Shown: positions 12,530-26,000 of the stretch, piece by piece
Numbering within the stretch: position 1 is the first letter of the stretch
How the letters are laid out: the number at the start of each line of letters is the position of its first letter
Source: Lama guanicoe
Lineage: Eukaryota
Direction of reading: 5' to 3'
Assembly (NCBI GenBank): GCA_013239625.1
Contig: MU053431.1
Coordinates: forward strand, 1,700,485-1,764,484
Length of the DNA stretch: 64,000 bases
The notes under the pieces: model-generated
Told to the model about the DNA's origin: nothing
Databases searched by the model: none
Seen by the model: the letters and a program-made list of their open reading frames with translations, nothing else
Made by a program: the position numbers and the translations under genes

Positions 12530-13400
12530 TTAAATAAAGTATTTGAAGCCAAGTCCAGAAGCCTTACGTCACCACATACCCAGATCCACCAGACGGAGAA
12601 GATCGTGAGCGTACAGATGAATCCTTTTTTTTCTGGGAGGGTGAGGCCTTTCCAAACACCACAAAGGAAAAGATTGACATGTTTGACTCCAGGAAAATTT
12701 AAAACGTCTGTATGGTTAAAGATACCATAAACCAAAATTAAAAACAGATGGCAAACCAGGAGTAAGGGTATCAACATATATTGCAGACAAATGGCTCTCT
12801 GAAAAAGCAGCACGCGTCTGAAGGACAAGCGCACCCCCAGAAAATGGGCAAAAGTCTTGAACAGGCGCCTCCGAACTGCCCGTCAGCTCGGGACAATCGC
12901 TCCGCTCACCTGAATCAAAGGAACACAGAAGCGCGGTGACCTTCAGTTTGTCTTCTGTCAAACTCACAAATGATGTTTTGAGTTATAAAGCCAGTTCTGG
13001 CCAAAGAACCGAGGAAAGACACCCTCGTGCCCTGCCAGTAGGAGGGTAAACCGGCATGTCGTTTGCAGAGGGTGGAGAGACGGACCACAAATCCCAGCAA
13101 AATGCGTATAAATGTGCCCCAAGGAGATAAGTTTCTGCATGAAGACTTGCCTGCAAGAACGGTCGTTCCACGTGAGCCCCAGAGCTGGAGACAGCCTGCG
13201 TGGGTTAGAGGCGTTACGGCAGAACAGGGTGCAGCTGCGGAAACACCGTAGGAGACTATTTATAGGCACCGAATGTGTCTGTTAGACACAGCCAAGTGGA
13301 GTAGAGGGCGTTGCACAGCGCCGTGGACGTCACGTGCGTGCTACTTTGTAAGGAAGGAGCCAGGACGTAAACAGATGGACAAGAGCACCTGGTCACGGGT
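12530..13400 (+). mobile_element. Old L1 (L1ME-like) ORF2 3' fragment
   Basis: aaggaaaagattgacatgtttgac...aaatttaaaac, gataccataaaccaaaattaaaaacagatggcaaac, aaaatgggcaaaagtcttgaacaggc. Confidence 0.75.
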
Positions 13401-13789
13401 CACCCCTGCAGATGCTCTCGGATGACCGAGGGACCTTGGAAGACTCTCTTGCTTCGGACGGGAAGAAACGGCATCACAGGTGGGCCGTCTTCTAGCCGCC
13501 ACGCAGACAAAGCAATCTTCTGTCCCCGCTGATTTCCGCTGAATCGTAAAGCAGGGAGGGTCGCACGTGTAGGGGACCAGCAAACACAGACGAGGGGGAC
13601 AGAAGCCGTTGTCTCCATCGGCCCTGGACCCCACCAGGCAACTACTGTAATAACAGAGGGGGAACGGCCGGGCGGCGGGGGCAGGTCTACTGCCATAAGA
13701 TGTTCCTTGCAGTTAAAACTGCTTTTTTAAAGGGCAGTGTGAGTGACGTGGCCCAGGCTGCGCCTACCGTGGGAACCGGTGCCCGCCGG

Positions 13790-13890
13790 CCTCGGAGTTC
13801 CAGCTGCCCTCTCACCAGCAGTGGGACCCTGGGCAAGCCACTTAACCTCAGGGTTTTAACCTGTGACACTGGGGAAACGATCGTGTCTGC
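13790..13890 (+). mobile_element. MIR fragment
   Basis: Core gggaccctgggcaagccacttaacctc. Confidence 0.6.
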
Positions 13891-14509
13891 CCCGTCGATG
13901 AGTTGGCACAGGGCTAGAATTCACTTTGGAAGTATCTGGTAACTGTTTGTGGCTGCTGTCAACTTCGGTACGTTGCTACATGCATGCGAGCACGGCACAG
14001 CTCCGGCCCGCGGGAATTTTGCTTGGATAAGGCTTATGAAAATCCAGTTAAGGCACATTTGTACCCTGGACCCGGCAGGTCTGCTGCCCCTCCCGCAGCC
14101 ACGACAAGTGCAAGCAGGTCCCCCCAGACAGCCCCGCCACGTGCCCGGCAGAACTGTTCGTACCAGCCCCCAACTGGAAGTGGCCCAGTGTCCACGGCCC
14201 CCTTGATGGGCAGCGTGTTGTGTGCCAGTTCTGCAGCCCACGCTCCGGCAATGTGGAGAAGCGCACTCCCACTGCGTGCAGCGGCCAGGACGGAGCTTGT
14301 GGGCGCCGTGTGGCTTCTTAGAGCAACCTTGCCATTTATTTGCTTGTTTATTTTTAGCTGAAGCACAGTCAGTGACAATGTGTCTGTTACTGGTGCCCAG
14401 CACAGCGTCCCAGGCAAGCGTATACACACACATGACGTGGCTTCTTGGAGGAAGTCAGACACAGCGTGAGTCCTGAGTGATTCCACTTTAAGTTAAAAAA
14501 AAAAAAGAC

Positions 14510-14910
14510 AAAATGGAGAGCAGGATGGCAGCTCTTCAAAACATCAAGCAGAGAATTACCACGTGATCCACTTCTGGGGATTTGCCCCAAAAGAATGAAA
14601 GCCGGGTTGTGAAGAGACAGTTGCACACCCGGGTTCATAACAGCATTATTCACAGCTACCAAAAGGTGGAAACAACCCAGACGTTCACGGCTTGGGGAAC
14701 GGGCAAACCAGATGTGGTCCATGCAGTGGACTGTCACCCAGCCTCAGAGAGGGACAGGCTGCAGCGTGGACGAACCCTGAGGACACCACGCTCAGTGACA
14801 TAGGCCAGTCCCAAAAGGACGAAGAGCGTATGCCTCCACTTACAGGAGGTCCCTAGAGGAGTCAGATCCTTAGACAGGAAGCAGACGGTGGGGACGGGGG
14901 CCGGCGGAGG
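14510..14910 (+). mobile_element. L1MB-like 3' fragment
   Basis: gaattaccacgtgatcca, gttcataacagcattattcacagctaccaaaaggtggaaacaaccca, ggccagtcccaaaaggac, ccacttacaggaggtccctagaggagtcaga. Confidence 0.8.
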
Positions 14911-17159
14911 GAGACTGGAGGCTTCACCAAAGCCTGAGGCTCCGGGGGCGCGGGCGGGCCAGGCGGCTCCCGCAGTGGGGCGACCTCAGTGGTGCAGACC
15001 CAACAGCAGGGAAGAGGGAGGCTCCCGCCCGCGCTGCGCCCCCTGGGCTGTCTCACCGGGAAGAAACAGACAAGGGATTTCCCAGGTGACAGACAACGTG
15101 AGACCAGCCCGGGGACGTGATCGACACCACAGCAGCAGGTCCAAGTCGGGACGCAGAGCCGCAGACCCAGGCAGGGGGATGGAGCCCGAGGCGAGGAGAG
15201 TGTGGCGAGGTCGTGGGACCCAGGGCGTCCTGAGGGTGCTGCCCTGCCAAGTACAACAAAGAGCAGGTTGTGGGGAGAAGCTCTGCACAGAGCGGGAGAG
15301 CCTCCCCAGGGAGCTGGCTGACTCGGGCCAAGACAGAAGGAAAGGGAGCAGGGAGCTGGGGGCCGGCGGTGGGACGCGGGGGCCGGCGGCCCTGAAGAGA
15401 CAGCCAGGCTTTGCTGCAAATGGCAGGGGGACGTGGAAGCTGTGCCTCCCTGGGCCCGAGCAACCCATCCACCTGCTGTCCCCCCGACTCAGGGCACAGC
15501 TGGGGCGGGGGGCAGTTAATCTGAGACCTCTGCTCCTCCCTGGAGATGCCGGCTGCCGGGGGGCCCCTGAAGGATCCTGCCAGGCACCCAGGAAGTGCGC
15601 GCAGCAGACACACGCCCTCTCCTGGGGGTCTGCAGAAGCCAGGGCTCAGCCAGGGCGGCCGCCCTCTCCGCACCCAGGGCGGCACTGCCCACAGGGGCCG
15701 CGTAAATGACATGAAAGAAGAACACAGGTAGGAAACACAGCGACCCCACACCTGGCGGGTGCTGAGGGTGGCCTGGGCAGCATCCAGCTCTATGTGCGAG
15801 CCTGTCCAGGCCCACTGCCCGTGGGGTGCCAGGAGAAGCGGGTGTCCAGCAGGCCTGTTCTCATCTAATTCCTGACCTTCTCTCTCCGTGGCCACGGGAA
15901 AGGCGGCCAGGCAAGGGTGACCTTGAGCGGACACAGCCCGGAGGACTGAGCATCCCAGGAATAAAGCCACAGCCACCTTGGCAGACCTAGGACAGGAGGA
16001 CAGACGTCCCCAGTGGACCTGACCCTGGGGGGCTGTCCCTGGTCCCCTCATCACTGAGGGGCCCATGCTTCTTGCTTCCGTCTGGCTTGGCCGCCGGTCA
16101 CAGGCCCCAGGCCCCTTGCTCCAGCCTGTGGGGTCAGGCAAGCTTGCACCCTACCCCCTGCCTGTTCACGGCCAAGGCTGCCAGACCACTGCCCGCTGGG
16201 TCCGTCTGGCCACTGACCCCGCAGCCACCCAGGGAGCCGGAGGGGTTGATGGGCCCCCTTCAAGGCCAGCCAAGAAGGTGACCCAGGGCACTTGCTGCAG
16301 CCCCAGCCCGGGCGCCCTCCCCAGCCCGGCCCGCCTAGGGTGCCTGGTGGCCCCACACGAGACTGGAGAGTTTCCCAAAGCAAGAGTTACGACTTGTCAA
16401 ACGTTTCCACTCCGGCTGCTGATGGCAGGTCCCTGCGCAACCAGGCGACCTGGCGTGACCTCTGCTTCCTGAGAGCAGGGTGTGGGCGCTGAGTAACTCT
16501 GGGATCGTGGTGCCCCAGGAAGTGGCCCTGATGTGAGTGTGCCAAGGCCACTGGTCACAGGCCTAAGCGACGAGTGGAGCCCAGCCCCTCCCTGGAAAGG
16601 CCCTCCACCCAGGGAAACGCGCACTCAAGGTCTGCTGGCCTTGCGGGGGGACCCCCGCCACACAGACCGGCCTTCTTGCCCAAGCCGCCCGGAACCCGCC
16701 TCCCCTGACGTGCAGGGTGGGGTGTGGGACCTCCCCGTAGGCCCCAAGAGCCTCGGTGTGGTCCAGCCGTGCAGCTCATGGAAGAGGCTTCCGGCCAGGC
16801 CACCCTGCCCGGGAGCCCAAGGCAGGGCCCCCACTTCTGGATGGAGACCAGCATCTCCCTGGGCCCCAGCTGGTGAGCTGAGCCCCCCTCTGCCAAGGAA
16901 GGGTCAGTGAGGTGTCCACTCTCGGCCCAGTGTGCTGGGGCCCTGGTGGCAAAGGCCACTGGCTTCCCTGGGCTGTGTGGCCGCACCACATCCATCACGC
17001 ACACACAGAGACATGCACACGCTCCCGCTCACCCGCCCTCTGGGGCAGAGATGCTCGCAGCACCAGCCGCCCTTCCGAAGTTGCCGCTAGGTGGTGCATG
17101 GACACCTTCAGGTTTTGTTTTTTAAACTTGTGTGTGTCCGGAGGAGCACAGCCCATTTT

Positions 17160-17485
17160 GTAATTTTGCATGAAGCAAGTGAAATTAATTTAATCTTTTG
17201 ATTTAACCCCAAATAGCCAAAAATGATCATTTTGACATATAACCCACGTGAGGAATTCTTAATGAGATAATTTCGCTTTCCTTTTTCCTTCTGAGTTTTC
17301 AAAGTCCCATGTGTTTTATACTCACAGCACATCTAAATTCAGACCTTAAATTGTTGCTTATACTTAAATTTCACAAAATTTATAGCCAGAAAATGATCCT
17401 CACGTACCTAAATTGTTTTAACTACATTTGAAAGTTTCCAGTAACTGCATCATGTATCGAGTTTATATTTTAAAATTTAACTTAG
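17160..17485. mobile_element. MER33/Charlie1-like hAT DNA transposon relic
   Basis: Abrupt AT-rich island with gtgaaattaattt, tttaaccccaaatagccaaaaat, ttaatgagata, ttatactcacagcacatctaaattcagac. Confidence 0.75.
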
Positions 17486-17869
17486 AGGCGGATTAAAGGG
17501 CTCTGTGGCTGCTGCAAGGGACTGGGTTTCAGAGGCCTGTCTCCAGCACCCCCACCCGCAGGCAGCCCACATGGATTAACAGCCATGCGATGATGGTGTC
17601 AGTGTTCTGAGGAACAAGCAAGGTGGGACAGACTCCCAGCCGACACAGCAGAAAAGCCACAGTGACCAGGAGCCAGTGTTGTGAGCCCTGGGGGCCAGCA
17701 ACACCTTGCAGAAGGGCCAGCAGCCGAGACTCGGGTGAGGACAGCCAGGCAGAGGGGTTTAGGCCCTGGGAGCAAGCACAAGGACGGAGGGCGGACAGGA
17801 AGGTGACCAGTGGAGGGAGGGTGCCTGAACAGCAGCTGAGCGGCTGGCAGGAGAGGGGCCCCAGCCGTC

Positions 17870-18190
17870 CCACGGCCTAATCCCGAGATCTTCGAATACG
17901 TCACCTCACCCGGCAAAGGGGCGTCAACCATGGGATGGGAGATCCTCCTGGCGGTCTGGGCGGCCCACTGGCCTCCAGGGTCCCAAGAGGAGGGAGGTGG
18001 GAGGGTCAGAGCCAGAGGAGATGGCGTCAGGGTGACAGAGGAAAGGGCTGTGAGCTGGAACCAGTGAGGAAAGCTCCGCCCCACCGACGCCGGATCCCAG
18101 GGAGCCCTGAGACTCTGGCCGCAGGACTGAGGGCTGTGTGCTGCCCTGGCCCCGGGCTCAGGGCTGTCATGGCAGCAGGAGACCCACACT
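17870..18190 (+). mobile_element. MLT1-type (MaLR) LTR relic
   Basis: taatcccgagatcttcgaatacgtcacctcacccggcaaagggg, gatgggagatcctcctgg, ending gtcatggcagcaggagac. Confidence 0.55.
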
Positions 18191-21100
18191 GCCTCCCAGG
18201 AGAGGAGCAGGTGCCCCCAGCACCGGGGGGCCACCGGGAGCCAAGGAGGCGAGAAAGTGACACCGTCTGATCCATGCTTTTTACATACGAGCGTGGGGTG
18301 GGGTGGTGGCCCCAGGGCCAGCCTGGTGGACGGCTCACACTGCTCTGGGCAACTTGGGGCAGTGCTTCTCCAACAGCCCCACTGGTTCCCCCCACCGCCC
18401 AGATGCACGGACAGGTCCACAGTGCAGCCTGCACGGCGGCCTCGTGGGCCCTGGGTCGCGGAGGAGCCGGATGCCGTCACATGGGAGGACAGACATGCCC
18501 GACGCACCCTGTCGACAGGCTGACTCCTCGTGTCAGACTTGGCCCCGAGCTCCCTCACTCGGGAAGCCCCGTCGGGCTGGTCCGGTTAACCCTGGGTTCC
18601 CCCAGGCAAGCGTCCTGTGGTTCTGGACGGACTGAGCTGTGCCAGGCTTACTCCCAGGGGCTCCTCCTCTGGACATTTAGGGGCCTTCCCTGGGACTGGC
18701 TGTGTTAAACCGTGTGTGCTGGTGTGACACCCACGCAGGCGGGACAAACACCCCAACCAGCGACAGAGGGGCTTAGCGGGGAGTCACGTCCCCTCCTCCG
18801 TCAGAGAGGAGAAAGAGGGGAGACAGCAATATTCAGGTCCGGGCACTCACGTGTCGGTGGGGGCTCGGCGGGCTCTGAGCTCGCCCCCCCCCCGGGACCT
18901 GCAGCCTTACGCAGGCTGCTGGGCAATTATGTGTTCTGCTCTAATGATCTAACTGGCGGTGTTTAGCTGACTTCCAGGTGCTTTGGAAGGGAGTTTACCC
19001 AGGAAGGGGTGGGGAGGGATGGGGCCCTGTGCACAAGCCAGTCCTTTCAGGCAGCCTCTGGAGTTTGCCGTGCTTTCTGGAAGCCGTCCGTGTAACTCTG
19101 AAGTCTTAGATTGGAGTCTGCACCTGTCACCAGGCTGTTTCTCCTCTGACACAACCTGGCTGCATCCGCGAGGACAGCCCGGGACACAGCCGTCCTGCTG
19201 CCAGACAATCGGGGAAGCCGTTCTAACAAAGGCTGCCAGGAGCCGGTGTTTCTTCTCTCAGGCTGAGACCAGTCGGGAAATTTCTCTGTCGATCTGCCCC
19301 AGGGCAGAAACTTCCCTCGCTTCCTGGCCTGGTAATTTTCCAGAGCTAGAAACTTTCCTCTCCAGGGGCAGGAAGGACATTCAGCCACCCACAACTCAAC
19401 CAGAAACATTTCTGACCAACCACAAGTCATAACCGCCCGAGCGGGCTGGGACGTGACTCAGCAGCACAGAGGAAGCAGGAAGGGGGCGGGGCAGGCCGCC
19501 TCGGGGACAGGGGTGGGGGGGACACCGCTGCCTTGCCGGGAGCCACCGCAGCAGGGTTCCTCTAGAGCCAGGCCGGGGAGGGGCTGGGCGGTCTGGCCGT
19601 GCCCCACCTTTCAGACCACGGCGCCCCGGCCCACGTGAGCAGCACTGATGGGTACAGAACGTTCTGGGGAAGGAGGCTCAAGCAGGCAGACTCAGGATCA
19701 GAGCCGAAGGTGGGAGAGGGGGCCACAGAGATAACTGGCTCCTGTCCCCTTTGGTGGGGCATCAGGGGAAGGCAGGAGTGTCCTCGGAGGCAGGCTCCAC
19801 TCACCCACTGTGCAGGTCGGCAGGGGCTGTGTGGCTGAGCACTGTTCAGCTCCCCCGCGATGAACCCTGAGCCAGACTGAAACAAAAAAGAAGCCACGTG
19901 TTAGGCTGAACCTCTGCCCAGAAGTCCATCTCCACCCGTAGGGCACGTGGCAGGATGTCACCTTCCCACATCAGGGGTGGAGGGCCCCCGGGAAAAGTGA
20001 GGTTTGAGTGGGAACCCGCAGGACCCAGCAGGTGCGAGGCTCACCTGCTCCTGTCCCCCTGATGACCTCAGCCCCTGCGCTGCACGCAGGGGGCCGGGGG
20101 GCAAGGCCCCAGGGCCTTGGGCCGGCTTGTTACACATAGCGGGGCTCATGTGGACCGACGCGGCCTCAGTCCCAGAAGTGCCGAGAATAGTGCCCTCTCT
20201 TCTAAGCAGCTTCTGCAATTCTGTATTTGGGTGTTTTTGAAGGAAGTCCTTTATTGCTATCTGGTGAGTCACGATCAAAGAAAAGGGGGAATGCCCATCC
20301 AGACCACACATCTACCAGTCTGACCAGAAGGGGCAGAGGACACCGGAACTTGGTGCAGGAAAGGCCAGGGCAAGCCCTCCAGGCCAGACCGGGGAGCGGG
20401 CTGGCTGGCGACAGAATTAGCTAGCTCTTCAACAAGAAACTTACAAATATTTTGCATGTCTCCAAATTCAATACATGTAATGCAGACCTCCGGGGGGGCT
20501 GTGCTGTCTCCAGCCTCCAGTCTCTGCAAGAAACACCAACAGGTGGGGACAACGCAGACCGTGTCCCCGTGTCCCAGCATCCCCGCGTCTCTGCCAGCCA
20601 CGGAAAGTTCCAAGTCGGTCTGCATAGCACCCCATGGGGTCCCTGCAGGTCAGCAGAGCCCAGAACCACCTGTGTAGAGGTCCCCACCCTTGCTTCCTTC
20701 CTCAGAAATGAGGGCAAAAAATTTCAGTGCAAATCCCCATTTTATGAGCTTGGGTTGCCTTGAATACCATCGCCCAGCTTCCAGGTAACTGCCCGCGAGG
20801 CAGAGCAAAAGATGAGAAAGTGCTTTGGGGTGACCCTGCAGCCCACACAGCGAGCGCAGCCAGGTCACATCTGGGTGGCGAGAGAGCGTCGCCCCGTGGG
20901 CAGAGGCTGGGCCCTGACTGTCACCGCTCCACGTGCACAGTGAAGTTCCCGCTGTTTTCCATCAGTTTCCACGGTTTACAACTGAATGTTGCCCCGACCA
21001 AGACAGAACAAACCAGGACACAGGAGAGCCCTCAGGTCGGCGCCTTCCCTCCCCACCCGCAGGGCCAGGGCCGCAGCCGAGGGAATCAGTTTCCATGTTG

Positions 21101-21879
21101 GGCCCGTCCTGCCGAGGGCGTGGCCAGCACCGGGAAGCCATGCCGGGGACGAGGACTGGAAGACCTGCCCGGCAAGGTGCGGCCGTGCGCAAGCCAGGCT
21201 TGAGATTCAGGGAAATCAGGAGACAGAAAGGTGGGTCTCCAGGAAATGCAAGCAGCCCGGCCCCCACGCAACCTCACCTGCAGGAGGTGGGCGGAGCTTC
21301 GCGGGACAGGACCCTTGCCGGCCTGGGCCGGTTACCCCCCACCCCACGCCCCTGGGCTCTGCACAGTGAGCAGTGCGGGGCTGCTCAGAGCCAGGTCCAG
21401 GTGCTGGGCTCGGGGAGAGGAGCCCCGTGGAGGAAGGGGGACGGGGGTGGGGGGACGCAGCGAGCAGCAGGGGGCCTTCTCCCTGCAGCCTTGCCTTTCC
21501 TGGGTGCCCCTCCATCACCTGGCTCCCCTCTCTACTCTGGACAGCTCGGGGCCCACCGAGGCCTCAGGCCAGGGGTGGGGGTCTCCGGGTAGAAGGACAC
21601 CTGAGGAGAGCTCAGCAGCCTTCACTTTGGCTGCTCGGACGCTGCTGGCAGCTGCCAGCGTCCCAGGGGACACACTGACACACCCTCCCTCTCCACGTCC
21701 TAGCCACCATCTTCTGCCCTGGCCGCTCCTGCCAGCCTCCGCCTGGAGGGCCCCAGGTCCCAAATAAGTGCCACCTAACTTCCGCAGGTGACACCCCACT
21801 CTTGCCTCCAGACCTGACTGTCCCTGAAACCCAGAGCAGCATGTCCAGCTGCTGACCTCGGTCACCTTGGAGTGTCCAG

Positions 21880-22240
21880 CAAGCATCTCGGTCTGGCCAA
21901 ACCCAGAAACTTTGGCCAGCTCAGAGCTGCTCTCCCATCCCGCTCACCGCACGGGTGACCTTTACCTGTTATGCTGCTCCAAGAGCGCGTCCTGGGTCCT
22001 ACCTACAAAGCATCTCTTGAATCGGCTTCCTTCTCACCACCCCTCCTGCCCCTACCACCTCTTGCCTGACCTCCCTGTGTTCGTCCTGGTCCCCTGCACC
22101 CACACCAGTCTGACTCCATGTGGGACATCTCCTGAGAGCACACTTAGAATTATGTCACAAAGCAGTTCAAACATCTCCATGGCTCTCCATTATTCTCCAC
22201 ATAAAGTTCAAGATCTTTGCTGTGTGCTGGGAGGGGCGTT
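21880..22240 (+). mobile_element. L2-like fragment
   Basis: catctcttgaatcggcttccttctc, tcaaacatctccatggctctccatt..ataaagttcaagatcttt. Confidence 0.45.
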
Positions 22241-22259
22241 GGCATAAGGAAGACATCCA

Positions 22260-22460
22260 CCCGTCACTTTCGTCACCACCATCATCGTAATCCTCCACCA
22301 CCTTCCTCGCCACCAGCACCACCACCACCACCAGCATCACTACCACCTTTCTCATCATCATCATCACATCACAACCACCATCGCCACTGTCATGACCATC
22401 ATCACCGCCACCTTCGTCACCACCGTCGCCACCATCATCACCATCGTTATCATCCTCACA
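22260..22460. repeat. Degenerate (CAC/CAT)n trinucleotide repeat
   Basis: About 200 nt of caccaccaccaccagcatcac...catcatcatcat. Confidence 0.92.
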
Positions 22461-22799
22461 GCTCACTTACAAAGCAAGGGAGAGTCTCCCTAGAAGTGGG
22501 ACCCAGGAGGCAAGGGCCCCAGACGGTGCTCCTGTCGCTGTGAGCGAGGCCTGGACAGAAGGAAGTTAACACCTCCCAGGCCATTAGAGACATAACTAAT
22601 GAAGGTTATGAGGAAAATATTTATTAAACACTCTTGGGGTTTTTCCATTTCCCTGATCTGAGGCAACCGGCTGTGAGTCACTTGTCACTGGAAGTTGAGT
22701 TCTCCAGGCTGGGCAGCCCCCACCTCGCTCGGCCAAGTGTGAAGCCTGCCATCCGGAACCCCGCCCCGCACGGCTGCCCCACGCCGGCTCCCGAAGCCT

Positions 22800-23070
22800 G
22801 GATCACACGCCACCGGGCGGGCACACAGACTGCGTTCGCCCTTCACCCACTGGTGGGCGCGTGGGCTGCTCCTGCCTCTTGGCAGCTGCGAATAATGTGT
22901 CTGTGAACACGGGTGTGCAGAGATCTTTCCGAGTCCTTGCTTTCAGTTCTCATGGGGATGATACGCTCAGAATGGCAGGACCGTGTGGTAATTCTGCTTT
23001 GGGCTTTTGTTTTGTTTTGTTTTTGTAGAATTGTCAGACGGTATTCCACAGCGGCTGCGCCAGCTTACAG
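22800..23070 (-). mobile_element. L1 3' fragment, antisense
   Basis: cttggcagctgcgaataatgtgtctgtgaacacgggtgtgcagagatct, tgctttcagttctc, ttccacagcggctgcgcca. Confidence 0.75.
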
Positions 23071-26000
23071 GCCGTGGGTTCAGAGAAGCAGTGAAAAGGG
23101 GCTTGTAAGGCCTTGGAGGGCAGGGGCGCAGGTTCCCAGGAGGAGGCTGCTGGACGGTGGGCCTCCACCGGACAAACCTGAGTGGTTTGGAGGATGGGGG
23201 CTGATGGGCGGGGCCGGGCAGGGATGGGGCCTGGATGGAGCTGAGGGAGCAGCCTCGGGGCGGGGGTTTTGGCTTCACCTTAAGCGGTAGCAGTGCGGTC
23301 CGCACAGGAGGAGGTGGGGGGCCTGGCTGCAGTCACTGGGGTGCCCAGGCTCGGAGCTGGCCCCATGACCTGGTGGGTCCTGGCCCTTCCAGGAGCATCT
23401 GGAGGGGGTTGTGGGAAGCACTTCGGGGAGACGGTCCAGCCGGCCTGGCCCCCACCCCCAGGCGAGAGGAGGAGCCACCAGGAGAAGAAGACGGCCAGGA
23501 GGAAGGGGAGCCTCTGAAGGCCTTGCTGAGGCCGGGAGGAGGCCCGGCGGGGCCTGCACACACGGGCACCCTCAGGCCCTGCGGAGCCTTGAGTCACCCC
23601 ACTTCCTGCGACGAACAGGCCATCTGGGATCCGGAAATTGAGCCGGCTCTTCAAATGCCCTCTGGGTCTCCATGTTCTGGGGTTTAATAGAACATTCAGG
23701 CCTCTCAGTGAGCCAGAAAATCGCATTTCTACCTCGGAATGAGAAAATGAAAGTTCTCCCCAGTGGGAAAGGGCCCAGGCCCTCTGCAGGGCGCTGGCCG
23801 CCGGCCACGTCCTCATGGAGAGCTTGGGAGAGAGTTCCTCACCCCTCAGTGGGCTAGGCTGCGGTTCACCTTCTCTGAGAACCCACCTGAACCCTCCTCA
23901 CCCCCTGGACTGGCACTTCAAGGTCAGAGCAAGTTGGTGGCTGCCGGCTTCCGGGCCCCGCAGACAGCAGACACTTCTTGGGAAGAAATCTCGGGGACCA
24001 GGAGGCACCCTCTTTTGTGCCCCTGGGCTCTCTCCTGATGTCCTCCAGGCCCTTGCAGTGGCCTCGGCCAGGCAGCTCTCCACCCGCAAGCCGGGAGCCT
24101 CCAGTCACTGTGCCCCCAGGCGAGTTTCCTCGGGGGGACATACCCTTGGGCAAAGCCCTGAAGTCCCAGCTTGTCCCCAGGAGGGCCACCTCTCGGTCTT
24201 CTCCCCCCTGCAGCACTCTCCCTCCCAGACGCAGGCCCCGCAAGCCCCTTCTACCTGCAGTCTCAGTGGTTCTGTCTCCTTGCAGACCCCGCCCCCCCCC
24301 CGAGACAGACCCCGCATTCCTGGCAGCCCCTCTGCCTTTGTCCACAGAGCCCACTCGGCCCTCCCGCCCACACCCGCAGGCTCGCCCACCATGGTGGGCC
24401 CCCCTTTACAGCTGCCCCAGAGCCATTTCACACCAACTTTAACACCAGGACACATAGGACGTGCTGAGACCCCAGGCAGCAGCAACCCCCAGAGGTGGCG
24501 TGTCCCTCCCAGCACTGACGGAGACCCGCCTGAGGGCAGCCGGCCGCCACCTCCCTGTCACCAGTTGAAGCCCCCAGAGGTAGGTTTCTCGGTTGGGAAC
24601 GTGTCTCTCATTTTCCAGGAGAGGGCTCCAGGGCCTGATCAGCCGGGGGAAGCAGGGCTGTCCAGGACGTCTGGCCGCAGCTGTCCCTCTGAAGGCTGAA
24701 AAGGTGGGGGAAGAAGGTGGGTCAAGGGTTCAGTCAGCCCTGGTCCCTCGGTGAGTGGGGGCGGCAGGAAGGGGTCATCCCAGGAAGCTGTTCTAGGTCC
24801 CTGATAAGGCCGTGCTGAGCAGAGGGGACAATGGGGGTGGCTTTTTATAGCTCTTTACAGAGACACAGAGCTCAGCAATGCCTCGGCTTCCCAGGGGATG
24901 AAGGAGACACGGTTCTGGAAGACTTCCTGGAGGAAGCAGGATAGAGGTTTGCACAGTCATCAGAGGAGGGAACGTTCAGGAACCCTGCAGTGCAAAGGCC
25001 GGGGGTGGGGTGGGGGCACGACCCCGGGTCCTTGCTGGAGTGGGCAAGGCAGGGAGGGGGTGGCCGGCGGTGGGCTGGGCTGGGCCAGGACCCAAGAGCC
25101 CAAGTGGGTGTGAGCTCCAGCACCAGGCCAGTGGGGGACACAGGACAAAGCCACTGGACAAGGGAAGGACAGGGTGGAAGGGGTGTGGGGGGGTCCAGAG
25201 GCTGAGTGCCGGACAAGCCGCCCCAGCGCCCCTGGAAGCAGGGGCCCCTGCCTTTCACCCCCCTGGGCCGTCTCTCCTTTTTGCTGGTTGTCACGAGCAG
25301 CAGTCGGGGCATTTGCTCCTGAGGGGGCAGCAGCTTTGGGGTGAAGATGCCCCCTGAGGCAGTGTCTCCGCAGCAGGGAAAGGTCGTGTCCACTGAGTTT
25401 GCTGAGATTCCCACTCAAATAAACCATGAAGAAATGCCCATGCGGCTCTGTGAATAACTGCTGATAAGCTGAGTGTTTGCATTTAATGTTTTTAACACAA
25501 AAACACCCTCAGTGCACCACCGCCTTCCTAGTCACACGGCAATGGCAGGGCCTGCAGACACCACTCTGCCTTACAGGTGGGCGGGCTGGCGCGGGCGCCA
25601 GGCGGAAGGCCCGGCGGGCGCCTTGTTGCTTGTCAGTGGAACCCGTGAGGCACAGTTGTGTTTGAAGCTAAGTAACGCCACCCCTGGCGTGAGGCCCTTC
25701 CGGGACGTGAGGTCTCTGCCACATGGACCTTCTGACCCCAGCTCCGCCCCCAGACTGGCACGGCGGGCCCCGGGCAGGCCTGGGCAGAGCCAATGCGCTC
25801 CGCCTGGCAAGGTCATTTGCCTCTTGTGGAAGCGAATGCAGAAGGACCACCCAGGTGGGTCCACGGTGAAACTCAAACGCGTTTTACAGGGAAACACTGG
25901 GCAGCTGTGGCCCTGCGTCTGGAAAAGGGCTGGGCTTCGCGGGCACTGGGCCTGGCATGCCTGTGCCTGCCACTCCGGCAGTGTCTGTGCCATGCAGCCT

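Noticed and set aside
14888-18558. 273-362 aa ORFs at 14888, 15053 and 17599
   Set aside because: Low-complexity GC-driven translations, partly over L1/MLT relics; no recognisable motif or exon structure.
22167-22543. Poly-His and Asp/Gly-rich ORFs
   Set aside because: Translations of the (CAC/CAT)n simple repeat.
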